Program-made: the position numbers and the translations under genes | Assembly (NCBI GenBank): GCA_031416685.1 | Contig: JANOUF010000095.1 | Span: 1 to 44,753 of the forward strand | Reading direction: 5' to 3' | Source: Bdellovibrionales bacterium | Lineage (GTDB): Bacteria; Bdellovibrionota; Bdellovibrionia; Bdellovibrionales; JAMPXM01 | DNA: 44,753 bases | Notes under the pieces: generated by a model | Database searches by the model: none | Told to the model about the DNA's origin: nothing | What the model saw: the letters and a program-made list of their open reading frames with translations, nothing else | In this document: positions 18,997 through 28,172 of the stretch, in pieces | Position numbering within the stretch: position 1 is the stretch's first letter | Layout: every line of letters begins with the position of its first letter

Positions 18997-19778
18997 TTCG
19001 CATCGCCGCTGCGGGCGACGTCCATTACGGGCGAAGCTCCGCAGGGAGACTTGCGCCGTATATGTCGCATCTCAATGAAAATGCGGACGTGTTTCTCTTA
19101 GCAGGAGACCTCACACATTTTGGAACACGTGAAGAGATGGAGGTTCTCGCAAGAGACTTAAGCGAGGCAAACGTCCCGGTCATATGTGTTTTTGGTAATC
19201 ACGATTATCATTCGAATCAAACTGAAGACTTGCGTGAAATTCTACAGAACGCTGGCGTGCACGTACTCGAACAAACGAGCTGTGTTTTAGAAATAGCGGG
19301 GAGTCGCGTAGGAATTGTCGGCATTAAAGGTTTCGGCGGCGGATTTGCTGGAGCTTGCGGAACTGAATTCGGTGAGCCTGAGATGAAAGCCTTTATTGGC
19401 CACACGAAGCGCCAAGCTGATCGCCTCAGGCAAGAACTGTTGAATTTGCAAGCGGATTATAAAATCGCACTTCTCCATTATTCGCCCTGCCCTGAAACAC
19501 TCGCTGGCGAGAAGAAAGAGATCTATCCATTTTTGGGAAGCTACTTGCTTGCCGAAGCGATCGATGGGGGCGGAGCAGATATCGCATTTCATGGACATGC
19601 CCATCACGGGATAGAAAAGGGAATGACTCCGGGCGGGGTGCCCGTGAGAAATGTCGCGCAACCCGTTATTCGCCACGCGTACAACATTTATACTCTCAAC
19701 AAAAACGGCCTTCTCCATACGACCAATGCGAACTCCAACAAAGCACCTTCTGTAAACCCAGGAGTCGTAACTGCATGA
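18993..19778 (+). CDS. Calcineurin-like metallophosphoesterase
   Basis: Motifs occur in the canonical order: GDVH, AGDLTHFG, GNHDY, LLHYSP and HGHAHHG. The start overlaps the upstream stop (ATGA at 18993-18996), with SD GAGGAGG at 18982-18988. Confidence 0.88.
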   Translation: MIRIAAAGDVHYGRSSAGRLAPYMSHLNENADVFLLAGDLTHFGTREEMEVLARDLSEANVPVICVFGNHDYHSNQTEDLREILQNAGVHVLEQTSCVLEIAGSRVGIVGIKGFGGGFAGACGTEFGEPEMKAFIGHTKRQADRLRQELLNLQADYKIALLHYSPCPETLAGEKKEIYPFLGSYLLAEAIDGGGADIAFHGHAHHGIEKGMTPGGVPVRNVAQPVIRHAYNIYTLNKNGLLHTTNANSNKAPSVNPGVVTA

Positions 19779-22468
19779 TCGAGATTCTAGGAACAAAAAC
19801 TCTCCATGGGCCGAATGTGTTTCATTCAAAGCCAGTGCTTATCATGCGGCTGGCCCTTGGTGATTATAAAGAAGTTGCGAGCTGCAATATCCCGGGTTTT
19901 CTTGAACGAATTTCAGCACTACTCCCAGGAATTCGCGAGCATGGTTGTTCGGTTGGAAAACCGGGCGGATTCATTGAGCGACTGCTGCGCGGAACTTATC
20001 CCGCACATATTATCGAGCATGTTGCTATTGAAATGAGTGCTCTGGCGGGCATTGGCGTTCATTACGGGAAAACGGTTTTCGAATCGGAACCGGCTATATA
20101 CAAAGTTGTGACACGTTTTCAAAGTGAAGAAGGAATGAAGTATCTCTTATGTCGGGCTGTCGATTGTTTTTTGGCGCTTGCGAAAGGAAATTCGTTCGAC
20201 CTTGAGGGCGTCATCAACGAAGCTAAAAAAATTATTTCGGAGAACTCGCTTGGGCCCAGCGGGCAAGCTCTTGAAGAGGCAGCACTTAAACGTGGAATTC
20301 CAGTTCGGCGTATCGGACCCAATAGTCTTTTGGAACTAGGGTACGGGATTAAAAGACGTCGTGTTCAGGCTGCGGTCAGTGATCGAACAGGCTTGATTGC
20401 AACTGAATTGGTGCAAGATAAATCGCTGACAAAGGAACTTTTAAAAAAATCGTTCGTACCGGTTCCTCTCGGAGGCTGCGCCCGCAGCGAGGAGGAGCTT
20501 CGGATTTTGCTTAAAGAAATTCCAACACCGTGGGCGATTAAGCCAATCGATGGCCATCACGGTCAGGGCGTAGTTCTCGATGTTGAAAACCAAGATGATG
20601 CTCTTCGCGCGTTTCATCAAGCCCGCGAATTCAGTAGTCGCGTTTTGGTCGAACAAATGATGCGTGGGCGCGACTATCGACTGCTTGTTGTGAATGGGCG
20701 TATGATCGCGGCTAGCGAGCGGGATCCGGCAAATGTGACAGGTGACGGCATCCAGACAATTCAAAAATTAATCGATAGCGAGAATAGAGATCCACGTCGC
20801 GGTGATGGTCACATGAGTAGTCTCACGAATCTTCCAGTGGACTCGACAACTCTAGAAGTATTAATGAAACAAAATTTCGATTTAAGTTCCGTACCTGAAA
20901 ACGGTAAACGGGTGCTTTTACGCAAGACCGCGAATCTTTCTACCGGCGGAGCAGCGACGGACGTAACAAGTTCTGTTCATCCTGAAATTCGTGAGCTCAG
21001 TGAACGCATCGCTGGAATAGTTGATCTTGATATTTGTGGAATAGACCTAATTCACTCCGATATTCGACGATGCATGAATGAAAACACCGCCGTCATAGAG
21101 GTGAATGCAGGACCGGGCTTGCGCATGCATTTGTCGCCGACAGTCGGTGAAGCGCAAGATGTTGGCAGAGCAATTATAGAGAGCCTGTTTCCGAATGGTG
21201 ATACGGGGCGAATTCCGATCATTGCGGTTACTGGCACGAATGGCAAGACCACGGTCACACGGTTGCTTGCGCACATTCTTTCAACCACGGGTCGCATTGT
21301 TGGGCATACAACGTCTAACGGTATCTACATTAATGGAAATCAAATCGCTAATGGCGACACGACCGGGCCGCTATCAGCGGCGACAGTTCTAAGCGACCCC
21401 AGAGTTGAGGCCGCTGTGCTTGAGACCGCAAGAGGCGGAATCATGCGTGGCGGTCTTGCGTATGACTTAGCCGATGTTGGAATCGTGACAAATATTCGTC
21501 CTGATCACATCGGCCAAGATGGGATCGAATCAATTGAGGATATCGTGCGCGTGAAGGGGCTGATTGCAGAACAAGTGCGAGACGGCGGTACCGTTGTGCT
21601 AAACGCGGATGATCCTGAATCTGCAAAACTTGCTGAGCGAACCGCAGTCCGAACGGGTCGGAAAAAGATCTGCTTCTATTCAATTTCTGAGAACAACGAT
21701 CTCGTCGAGGAAAATCGTGACGAGGGCCACTGCAGCTATTTTGCTCGCGGCGGTTGGCTCATTGAATCCAAAGGGGATACCGAAATTCGCATCGTTCACG
21801 TGCGTGACTTGAGGTTCACCTTTAACGGTACAAGCGAGTATCAGATTTCAAATGCGCTTGCCGTGTGCGCTGGTGCGCGCGCTTTAAAAGTTTCAATTGA
21901 GGTTTTGCGTGCGGGTTTGATGACGTTTGAATCTGCCACGCAAAATCTTGGCCGCGGAACTCTCTACAAAGTCGGATCAGGACATTTGTTTTTGGATTAT
22001 GGGCATAATCCAGATGCGATTCTTGCGGTGGCACAAACGATCCGACGTTGGCGACCTCGCCGTTTGGTGGGTATTTTAGGTTTACCGGGTGATCGCGCAG
22101 ATGATCTTTTGCTCGAGTCAGCAAAAGTCGCGGCTTTGCACTTTGATCGACTCATCCTGCGAGATGATTACAATCGACGAGGACGAGCCGAAGGGGAAGT
22201 GCCACTGATGGCTCTGAAGGCTGCTGGAAATTCGAATCGCCGGTGTGAAGCCGCAATTATTCTCGATGAGAAGCGAGCGATCATGCATGTGATAGAAGAG
22301 TTGCGTCCAGGAGATGTCGCCGTCGTTTTCTATGATGAGCTTGAGCGCGCACTCGAAGTCTTGCGCGGCTACGATCCTCAACCCGTGACAGTGTTGCCGG
22401 ATTTTAGCGAACTAGGTCTTGAGGAAAGGATCGGTCGCAATGCCAATTCGTCACTCACGCTCGCCTAG
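19775..22468 (+). CDS. cphA: Cyanophycin synthetase
   Basis: 897 aa. N-terminal MIEILGTKTLHGPNVFH... has a typical CphA N-domain start. A central ATP-grasp region follows (KPIDGHHGQGV...). The C-terminal Mur-ligase-like domain carries the P-loop AVTGTNGKTT. An ATGA overlap links it to the upstream gene. Confidence 0.92.
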   Translation: MIEILGTKTLHGPNVFHSKPVLIMRLALGDYKEVASCNIPGFLERISALLPGIREHGCSVGKPGGFIERLLRGTYPAHIIEHVAIEMSALAGIGVHYGKTVFESEPAIYKVVTRFQSEEGMKYLLCRAVDCFLALAKGNSFDLEGVINEAKKIISENSLGPSGQALEEAALKRGIPVRRIGPNSLLELGYGIKRRRVQAAVSDRTGLIATELVQDKSLTKELLKKSFVPVPLGGCARSEEELRILLKEIPTPWAIKPIDGHHGQGVVLDVENQDDALRAFHQAREFSSRVLVEQMMRGRDYRLLVVNGRMIAASERDPANVTGDGIQTIQKLIDSENRDPRRGDGHMSSLTNLPVDSTTLEVLMKQNFDLSSVPENGKRVLLRKTANLSTGGAATDVTSSVHPEIRELSERIAGIVDLDICGIDLIHSDIRRCMNENTAVIEVNAGPGLRMHLSPTVGEAQDVGRAIIESLFPNGDTGRIPIIAVTGTNGKTTVTRLLAHILSTTGRIVGHTTSNGIYINGNQIANGDTTGPLSAATVLSDPRVEAAVLETARGGIMRGGLAYDLADVGIVTNIRPDHIGQDGIESIEDIVRVKGLIAEQVRDGGTVVLNADDPESAKLAERTAVRTGRKKICFYSISENNDLVEENRDEGHCSYFARGGWLIESKGDTEIRIVHVRDLRFTFNGTSEYQISNALAVCAGARALKVSIEVLRAGLMTFESATQNLGRGTLYKVGSGHLFLDYGHNPDAILAVAQTIRRWRPRRLVGILGLPGDRADDLLLESAKVAALHFDRLILRDDYNRRGRAEGEVPLMALKAAGNSNRRCEAAIILDEKRAIMHVIEELRPGDVAVVFYDELERALEVLRGYDPQPVTVLPDFSELGLEERIGRNANSSLTLA

Positions 22469-23363
22469 AACAAAAAAAACGAAAACGGTCGACACCCTTG
22501 AAGCAAAGGGGTGTTTGATCATTATTGGCGGGCGTGAAGATAAAACTAGCGAAGTGCGAAAAATTCTAAGCAAGGTTGCTGCGGTCACAAAACGAGGGCG
22601 CATGGTGATTGCAACGCCGGCAACTGAGCATCCAGATGAAGTGTTTAGAGAGTATCGTGCTGTCTTCAAGGACATGGGCATTCGCCAAGTCGACCATCTG
22701 CACCTTGAAACTACCGAAGATGCCCGCAGGACAGAAAATCTGAAGCTTGTAGACAAAGCCGAAACCGTATTTTTCTCAGGCGGAGATCAGCTTAAGATCA
22801 CAACTAAAATAGGCGGATCTCCACTGTTAGAGAGTCTAACGAATTTATTCATGCGTGGCGGAACGATCGCCGGGACAAGTGCGGGCGCTGCGATGATGGG
22901 AGAGACGATGCTACTTGGCGGGCATAACATGGATATTGCCGAGTCTCACAAAGTTGGCAATTGGATGATGGCACCAGGGCTGGGGCTCGTTCACGATGTT
23001 ATTATTGATCAACACTTCGGTCAGCGTGGCAGAATCGGAAGACTCCTTGGCGCGGTTGCGTTTAATCCTCGTGTATTAGGTGTGGGTATCGACGAAGACA
23101 CATGCATTTTAGTCAGCGGACGGTCACTGCAGGTGCTTGGCAGCAACGCCGTCTACATTATCGATGGTCACGACGTCACTTACACGAATATCGCTGAGAG
23201 CGCGGCTGAACGAACGATGTCATTGCACGACGTAAAAGTTCATATACTTTCAGATGGCGAGCATTTTGACTTAGTTAAACGAAGGCCGCGCATACGTGAC
23301 GAAGTGGCTGAACGAGTGCGATCGAGATTACGAGCGACCGAGAGAACTCTAGCGCACCATTAA
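22440..23363 (+). CDS. cphB: Cyanophycinase (S51 peptidase)
   Basis: IIIGGREDK, FFSGGDQ and the nucleophile motif GTSAGAAMMG are typical of CphB. ATG 22440 is preceded by AGGAAAGGA and overlaps the cphA 3' end by 29 nt. The track ORF starts at TTG 22419. Confidence 0.88.
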   Translation: MPIRHSRSPRTKKTKTVDTLEAKGCLIIIGGREDKTSEVRKILSKVAAVTKRGRMVIATPATEHPDEVFREYRAVFKDMGIRQVDHLHLETTEDARRTENLKLVDKAETVFFSGGDQLKITTKIGGSPLLESLTNLFMRGGTIAGTSAGAAMMGETMLLGGHNMDIAESHKVGNWMMAPGLGLVHDVIIDQHFGQRGRIGRLLGAVAFNPRVLGVGIDEDTCILVSGRSLQVLGSNAVYIIDGHDVTYTNIAESAAERTMSLHDVKVHILSDGEHFDLVKRRPRIRDEVAERVRSRLRATERTLAHH

Positions 23364-25033
23364 ATATTTTGATCGGGTTTTTGATGAACTTGCTTTCGCA
23401 TTTGCCAGAGTAAATGGCTGATGTAAGGCCTGCGAGTCTCGCCGGTCGCAACCATCAACAGCTTTGTAATTTTTAAATCGTGCGGGTCGGTTAAAATAAG
23501 AATTAATAGTTCTTGGATGAAGTTCGTATTGAGAGTGACGTAGTTGTCAGTGCCAATGCCAAGCTCGAGTCCCTTTTTCTCCCACCACGAAAACGGATGA
23601 TCTTTGTAATCTTCAAAGACGACAGTCAGCTTATTATTAGAAGAGGGGAGCGAAACGAGTGCCACACCTTTTTCAATTAACCGATTGAGAATGTCGTGCT
23701 GATAAATTTCAACTTCGCGAGCTGTGTGGAACTTTGCTTTGGTGAAAAGCCGCAGTTCTTCATCGCTGAGCTTAGTGCCATTTAAAAGTTTATCGCGCAC
23801 CGGATAACCGGTTTCAGCCCAATCCATTTCAGAAACTTCGTTCCACTCAGGCGTATTCGGACGTATCGATTCTCCTCGGAGATTCCATTTTACGACACGT
23901 TGAAAAAGTGAGTGGAAGTAGTAGTTTGGATTTACTCCCAAGCTTAATCCATGCTCGAGCGTATCGATACGCCAAATATTCATGGCATTATCGACTGCCT
24001 GAATTCCTTTGCGTAAAGTCGTCCAGACTTCGCCGTGGTGACTGCGAATTTTGAAACCACGATACTGAAGTTTACGGAAACCGATCTTTAAATCTTGGAA
24101 ATGGGTTTTCTTGAAAAGCTCTTTTTCATCGCCGACGGTGTCGACTTCGTTGAGCACATCTTTTAGTTTTGGATGCTTTTTGATGAGATCTAGAATTTGA
24201 CCAACTTGAAACAAGAAGTGATCTTTCTTGCTCTTGAAATTTTTAGAGTCGAAGAAGTCCGCTTCTTTTCTGAAGCTGGGGCTAAGGACAAAGCCGAACG
24301 ACGGGATTTCTTTTTTGAAATCCATAAAGCCATCGTAAAGGCCCAGAACAACGTCTTCCTCAGTGAGCGTATCGAGACCGGGAACGCTTTCCGCTTCAGA
24401 TGATGTTGCACGCGAGAAGCTGAATTTCAAACGAACGAAGCCCACATTGTATTTTTGGTAGAGCTCTTTTGCCATGTGATAGGCGGCATCATGGTGTGCT
24501 TGACGATCCGTAAGCAAAAGTTTCGGTAGCATCAGAATGCTTAAGTAACGACTAAACCGTTCATCGTCTTTTAACTGAAGTAGGCGATTCACATCCTCGA
24601 TGGATTTGATGGGCAAACTATCGGGCCCGTAAATGCTACGAATCTTTGCTTCGTAGACAGCCTTGTTCGGACCTGCGAGAATTTTTTGAAGACGCGGGAA
24701 AATAAATTCAGCTGAGAGTGCCCCGGTGAGATGCGTATGTTCGTCTCGATAGGGGAGAGGAAATTTTCGGAAAAACTCGTGAAGCGCTTGGGCAACGGGG
24801 TGAGCAAGGAGAGTTGGAATATCTGTTTGGTCGATTTGAAACTGCTGAAGCAAAGTTTTGAACTCAGCCACGAGAGGATGAATCAATGGCCGCTTCATGG
24901 CCTCCACTGAGTTTTGCATCAGAACAAGAGTGTCCATTAACGTGATGCCGTTTGTCTCGCTGATGATCTCCGTGAGTGCTTCAGTAAGCATCTCAACAGT
25001 TGATTTGCTCGACTCTGGTCCAGACTTTTGCAC
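23360..25033 (-). CDS. Divergent adenosine/AMP-deaminase-fold (amidohydrolase superfamily) protein
   Basis: ADA motifs occur in the canonical order: EHTHLTGAL (cf HVHLDGA), RSHHGE (cf HAGE), LEHGLSLG (cf GHG) and GIGTDNY (cf S-x-N-TDDP). At 557 aa it is much longer than a classical ADA. Confidence 0.6.
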   Translation of the reverse strand: MQKSGPESSKSTVEMLTEALTEIISETNGITLMDTLVLMQNSVEAMKRPLIHPLVAEFKTLLQQFQIDQTDIPTLLAHPVAQALHEFFRKFPLPYRDEHTHLTGALSAEFIFPRLQKILAGPNKAVYEAKIRSIYGPDSLPIKSIEDVNRLLQLKDDERFSRYLSILMLPKLLLTDRQAHHDAAYHMAKELYQKYNVGFVRLKFSFSRATSSEAESVPGLDTLTEEDVVLGLYDGFMDFKKEIPSFGFVLSPSFRKEADFFDSKNFKSKKDHFLFQVGQILDLIKKHPKLKDVLNEVDTVGDEKELFKKTHFQDLKIGFRKLQYRGFKIRSHHGEVWTTLRKGIQAVDNAMNIWRIDTLEHGLSLGVNPNYYFHSLFQRVVKWNLRGESIRPNTPEWNEVSEMDWAETGYPVRDKLLNGTKLSDEELRLFTKAKFHTAREVEIYQHDILNRLIEKGVALVSLPSSNNKLTVVFEDYKDHPFSWWEKKGLELGIGTDNYVTLNTNFIQELLILILTDPHDLKITKLLMVATGETRRPYISHLLWQMRKQVHQKPDQNI

Positions 25034-25109
25034 TGCTTAAACTCCCGCGCTTATGTGAATTGTGTCATCGCGTGCAAGTCTGCGCAAGGCTTGGTAGAAC
25101 CTGAAGTCC

Positions 25110-26210
25110 ATGGAACAAGTCGAGTTCTCCATTTGGCCCGGCAAGACACACAATATAGGCGTTGTGCGGCTGCAAAATCAAAAAGCGTTGAACTCCCTGA
25201 CATTGGAAATGGTCTCAACGATCGGCTCCAAACTTAGCGTTTGGGAGCAATCCGACCACATTGCTGCAGTCATTATCTACTCCGATCTAGCCAAAGCCTT
25301 TTGCGCAGGCGGCGACGTTAAGACCGTGGTTCTTGAACTGATGAAGAATGACCCGAACAACTATAGCGCGAATTTTTTCGAGCTCGAGTACAAAATGGAT
25401 TACATCATCCAATCCTATAGCAAGCCGATTTTGGTTTGGGGAAATGGCATCGTCATGGGCGGCGGGATGGGTATTTTTTGTGGAGCGTCCCATGGGATCG
25501 TCACTGAAAACACAACAATGGCGATGCCGGAAATCGCAATTGGATTTTTTCCTGACGTTGGTGCGGGGTATTTTCTAAATCAAATACCAAAAGGTCTTGG
25601 GCTTTTTTTGGCTTGGACAGCCGCGCGATTGAATTCTGATGATGCGGTTTCGTTGAAGTTTGCTAAAGCGAAGATTCAGCATCGAAAACGCACTGAAGTC
25701 TTCACAATGATGCGAGAACTAAAGTGGACGGGAAAAGGCGATCAGGATAAAAAACTTTTATCAGAAAGTCTCTTACCGATGGCTGAAACTGTTGGTAGTT
25801 CAATCGTTGACCGACATCACCTTGAGCTTGAAAAAATGTTTTCAGCCGATGATCCAGTAGCGATAGCTCACGAGTTTTCCGAAAAAAAATATTCCGATCC
25901 ATGGCTTGTTGAAGCGCAGTCGTCTTTCCTGCAAGGCTCACCACTCTCAGCCTTAGTTAGTTTTGAACAGTTAAAACGTGCACGCCAAATGCAAGCACTC
26001 GACGTTTTTCTGATGGAGTGGGGAATTGCTCGGCATATGGCAGATCGTCACGATTTCCGCGAAGGAGTTCGCGCCAGGTTGATCGACAAAGAGAACAAGC
26101 CTAAATGGCAGCACGCTACGGTCGATGGTGTCAGCGCGGAGGAAGTCTCTTCTCATTTCCTTCCTTACATTGATCACGAACACGTTCGGAAGCGATTCCT
26201 TTCACGCTAA
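25110..26210 (+). CDS. Enoyl-CoA hydratase/isomerase family, 3-hydroxyisobutyryl-CoA hydrolase type
   Basis: Crotonase motifs AFCAGGDV and GIVMGGGMG plus PEIAIGFFPDVG. Length and C-terminal domain fit the HIBCH subfamily. Confidence 0.8.
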   Translation: MEQVEFSIWPGKTHNIGVVRLQNQKALNSLTLEMVSTIGSKLSVWEQSDHIAAVIIYSDLAKAFCAGGDVKTVVLELMKNDPNNYSANFFELEYKMDYIIQSYSKPILVWGNGIVMGGGMGIFCGASHGIVTENTTMAMPEIAIGFFPDVGAGYFLNQIPKGLGLFLAWTAARLNSDDAVSLKFAKAKIQHRKRTEVFTMMRELKWTGKGDQDKKLLSESLLPMAETVGSSIVDRHHLELEKMFSADDPVAIAHEFSEKKYSDPWLVEAQSSFLQGSPLSALVSFEQLKRARQMQALDVFLMEWGIARHMADRHDFREGVRARLIDKENKPKWQHATVDGVSAEEVSSHFLPYIDHEHVRKRFLSR

Positions 26211-26389
26211 GCATGTGCCAGGCAGTCACCTTAAATTAACCAAACTCTCTTCACGAGATTATCAAGACTTCATTCCTCTACCGGGGTTCAAATTAAATCT
26301 AGGACGGCGTTCTACTTGATAAAATTGCGAGTCTAGAGCAGGCGTATCAACAGTTGCAGGTGGAGTTGAGGTAAGTTAGGTTCAAAAGC

Positions 26390-26860
26390 ATGAAACGTGC
26401 AATGTGGATATTCTTGCTTTTACTCGTCGTTATTCTCGCTTCATTTCTGGTCGTCACTCAGTATCACTGGGTGTTTCGCAAAGACGTTGCGGGCGAGATT
26501 CTGGAAGTTGAACGTGTGACGACATCGACTGCGGTTGTTGGTGTGACCATTCCGAGTCAGTCTTTTTCATTCGCAGTTGCGATCCGCACTAAAAAAGACG
26601 GCGAGATCATGACAGCAAGTTCAGAAGACCGGCAGTGGGCAGTAGCGAAGAAGGGAATGTGTGTTGAAGCAACGGTTGATCCTTATCCACCATGGAACCT
26701 GGATAAGGCCGGCACGTTCTACAATGCACGCTTGTTAAAACTAAAAGACTGTGCTGGCGGTCAAAGCGCGTCGGCACCTATTCAGCAGGCTGAGCCTCAG
26801 GTAGCACCACAGCCAGCGCCACAGTCGGCGGCTACTCCCGGGGGCACACCCGCTCAGTAA
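26390..26860 (+). CDS. Membrane-anchored hypothetical protein with a Pro/Gln/Ala-rich tail
   Basis: N-terminal TM segment WIFLLLLVVILASFLVV. The C-terminus QQAEPQVAPQPAPQSAATPGGTPAQ is low-complexity. Confidence 0.6.
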   Translation: MKRAMWIFLLLLVVILASFLVVTQYHWVFRKDVAGEILEVERVTTSTAVVGVTIPSQSFSFAVAIRTKKDGEIMTASSEDRQWAVAKKGMCVEATVDPYPPWNLDKAGTFYNARLLKLKDCAGGQSASAPIQQAEPQVAPQPAPQSAATPGGTPAQ

Positions 26861-26879
26861 CTCTTCAAGGAGGCGATGA

Positions 26880-28166
26880 TTGGCAGAACCATTTTCAGAA
26901 GATCGCCTTCCTCCAAAATATTTCGGTTTTTTTCAAAGAGCCAAAGTCGGCATACGGTTATTCTATCAAAAAGCAATGAACGATAAGCTCTTTGATCGCG
27001 CGGGAAGTGTCGCATTCCAGGCTGTCTTTAGTATCATTCCAATAATAGCGCTCGCGTATGTGATCTTTGCTCTCAGTGGTGGACTTGCAAGCATGCAGGA
27101 ATCTGTCGAGCGTTGGGCCGTCAACAATCTTGCACCAAGCCTTGGCGATCAAGTCATCAGCTACCTGCGAACCATTCAAGAGAAAATGGATCCAAAGACC
27201 ATCGGGATTTTTGGTTTACTCGCGTTCCTTTGGGCCGGCATCAACATGATTTCAAAAACCGAAAAGGCGTTAAACGGTCTTTGGGGATTGAGTCGCACTC
27301 GTCCATTCTTCAAAAGACTTTGGTTGTATCCATTGGCACTAATAATTGCGCCGATCGTTCTGGGCGCCTCATTTCTTGCGACTTCATTTTTAGCAGGGAA
27401 AACAGATGGTAACGATACATTAAGCGCAGCACTCTTAATCCCAATGGCAATTATCCCGTGGGTGATCACGGGCTGCTTTTTTTCACTCATCTACTGGGGA
27501 TTGCCTTACACGACGGTGAGTCGGCGAGCAGCAGTCAGAGCAGGTTTTCTCACTGGAGTTGTCTTTGAGCTGCTCAAGCAAGGTTACGCGATCTATGCAG
27601 CGAATTCGATCGGCCATAGTGTTTACGGTTCGCTCGCAGCGCTGCCAATTTTACTCGTTTGGATTTCGCTTAGTTCAACCGTATTTATGTTAGGTGCAGA
27701 ACTTTGCTATTTCCTGGATATGCGTGAACAGGGGGTTGCACACGTTGCGCGACTTGAAAGCCACCTTTCGTTCCCGCTACTCGTGGACATCTTACGAATA
27801 TTTCAGCACACCGATCATCCTGTCGCGGTGAAAGGCATAGTTAAAATAATCAAGTGGGATCAGAGCGATGTCTTTCGCCACGTTCATTATCTCGCGGATG
27901 CTGGCCTCATAAAAATTCCAAAGGGTTTTTCAAAAGGTAACGAGCGCTATCAAGCGGTCGAACTAAACTTCGAAGCCGCCGTTGAAAAACTTTTGAGGCA
28001 GACTAATGAAATTAAATATGAACAGCTCGAGCTTCCCAAATTGGAGAAGAAGCCTCGCTTTGTTTCTCCGAAGCCAGCAAATCCTGTTAATGAAAAAGGT
28101 GCAACGTTGGTGGACCGCATATGGAGTCCGTGGGGTGCTCGTCGCAAGCCACATCATACCGTTTAG
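26880..28166 (+). CDS. YihY/BrkB-family membrane protein with a ~140-aa C-terminal extension
   Basis: YihY-like start DRAGSVAFQAVFSIIPIIAL, six hydrophobic helices, and LGAELCYFL near the core end. TTG start at 26880, 6 nt after a strong SD AAGGAGG (26867-26873). Confidence 0.75.
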   Translation: MAEPFSEDRLPPKYFGFFQRAKVGIRLFYQKAMNDKLFDRAGSVAFQAVFSIIPIIALAYVIFALSGGLASMQESVERWAVNNLAPSLGDQVISYLRTIQEKMDPKTIGIFGLLAFLWAGINMISKTEKALNGLWGLSRTRPFFKRLWLYPLALIIAPIVLGASFLATSFLAGKTDGNDTLSAALLIPMAIIPWVITGCFFSLIYWGLPYTTVSRRAAVRAGFLTGVVFELLKQGYAIYAANSIGHSVYGSLAALPILLVWISLSSTVFMLGAELCYFLDMREQGVAHVARLESHLSFPLLVDILRIFQHTDHPVAVKGIVKIIKWDQSDVFRHVHYLADAGLIKIPKGFSKGNERYQAVELNFEAAVEKLLRQTNEIKYEQLELPKLEKKPRFVSPKPANPVNEKGATLVDRIWSPWGARRKPHHTV

Positions 28167-28172
28167 ACGTCG

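Noticed and set aside
19287-19829. A 180-aa minus-strand ORF. Other long antisense ORFs are 41405..41920 (171 aa), 18535..18921 (128 aa), 37338..37715 (125 aa), 14974..15348 (124 aa) and 42757..43146 (129 aa).
   Set aside because: Each lies entirely inside, and antisense to or out of frame with, a gene with strong family motifs. Their translations are Arg/Ser/Cys-rich with no SD or domain signature. These are typical shadow frames.
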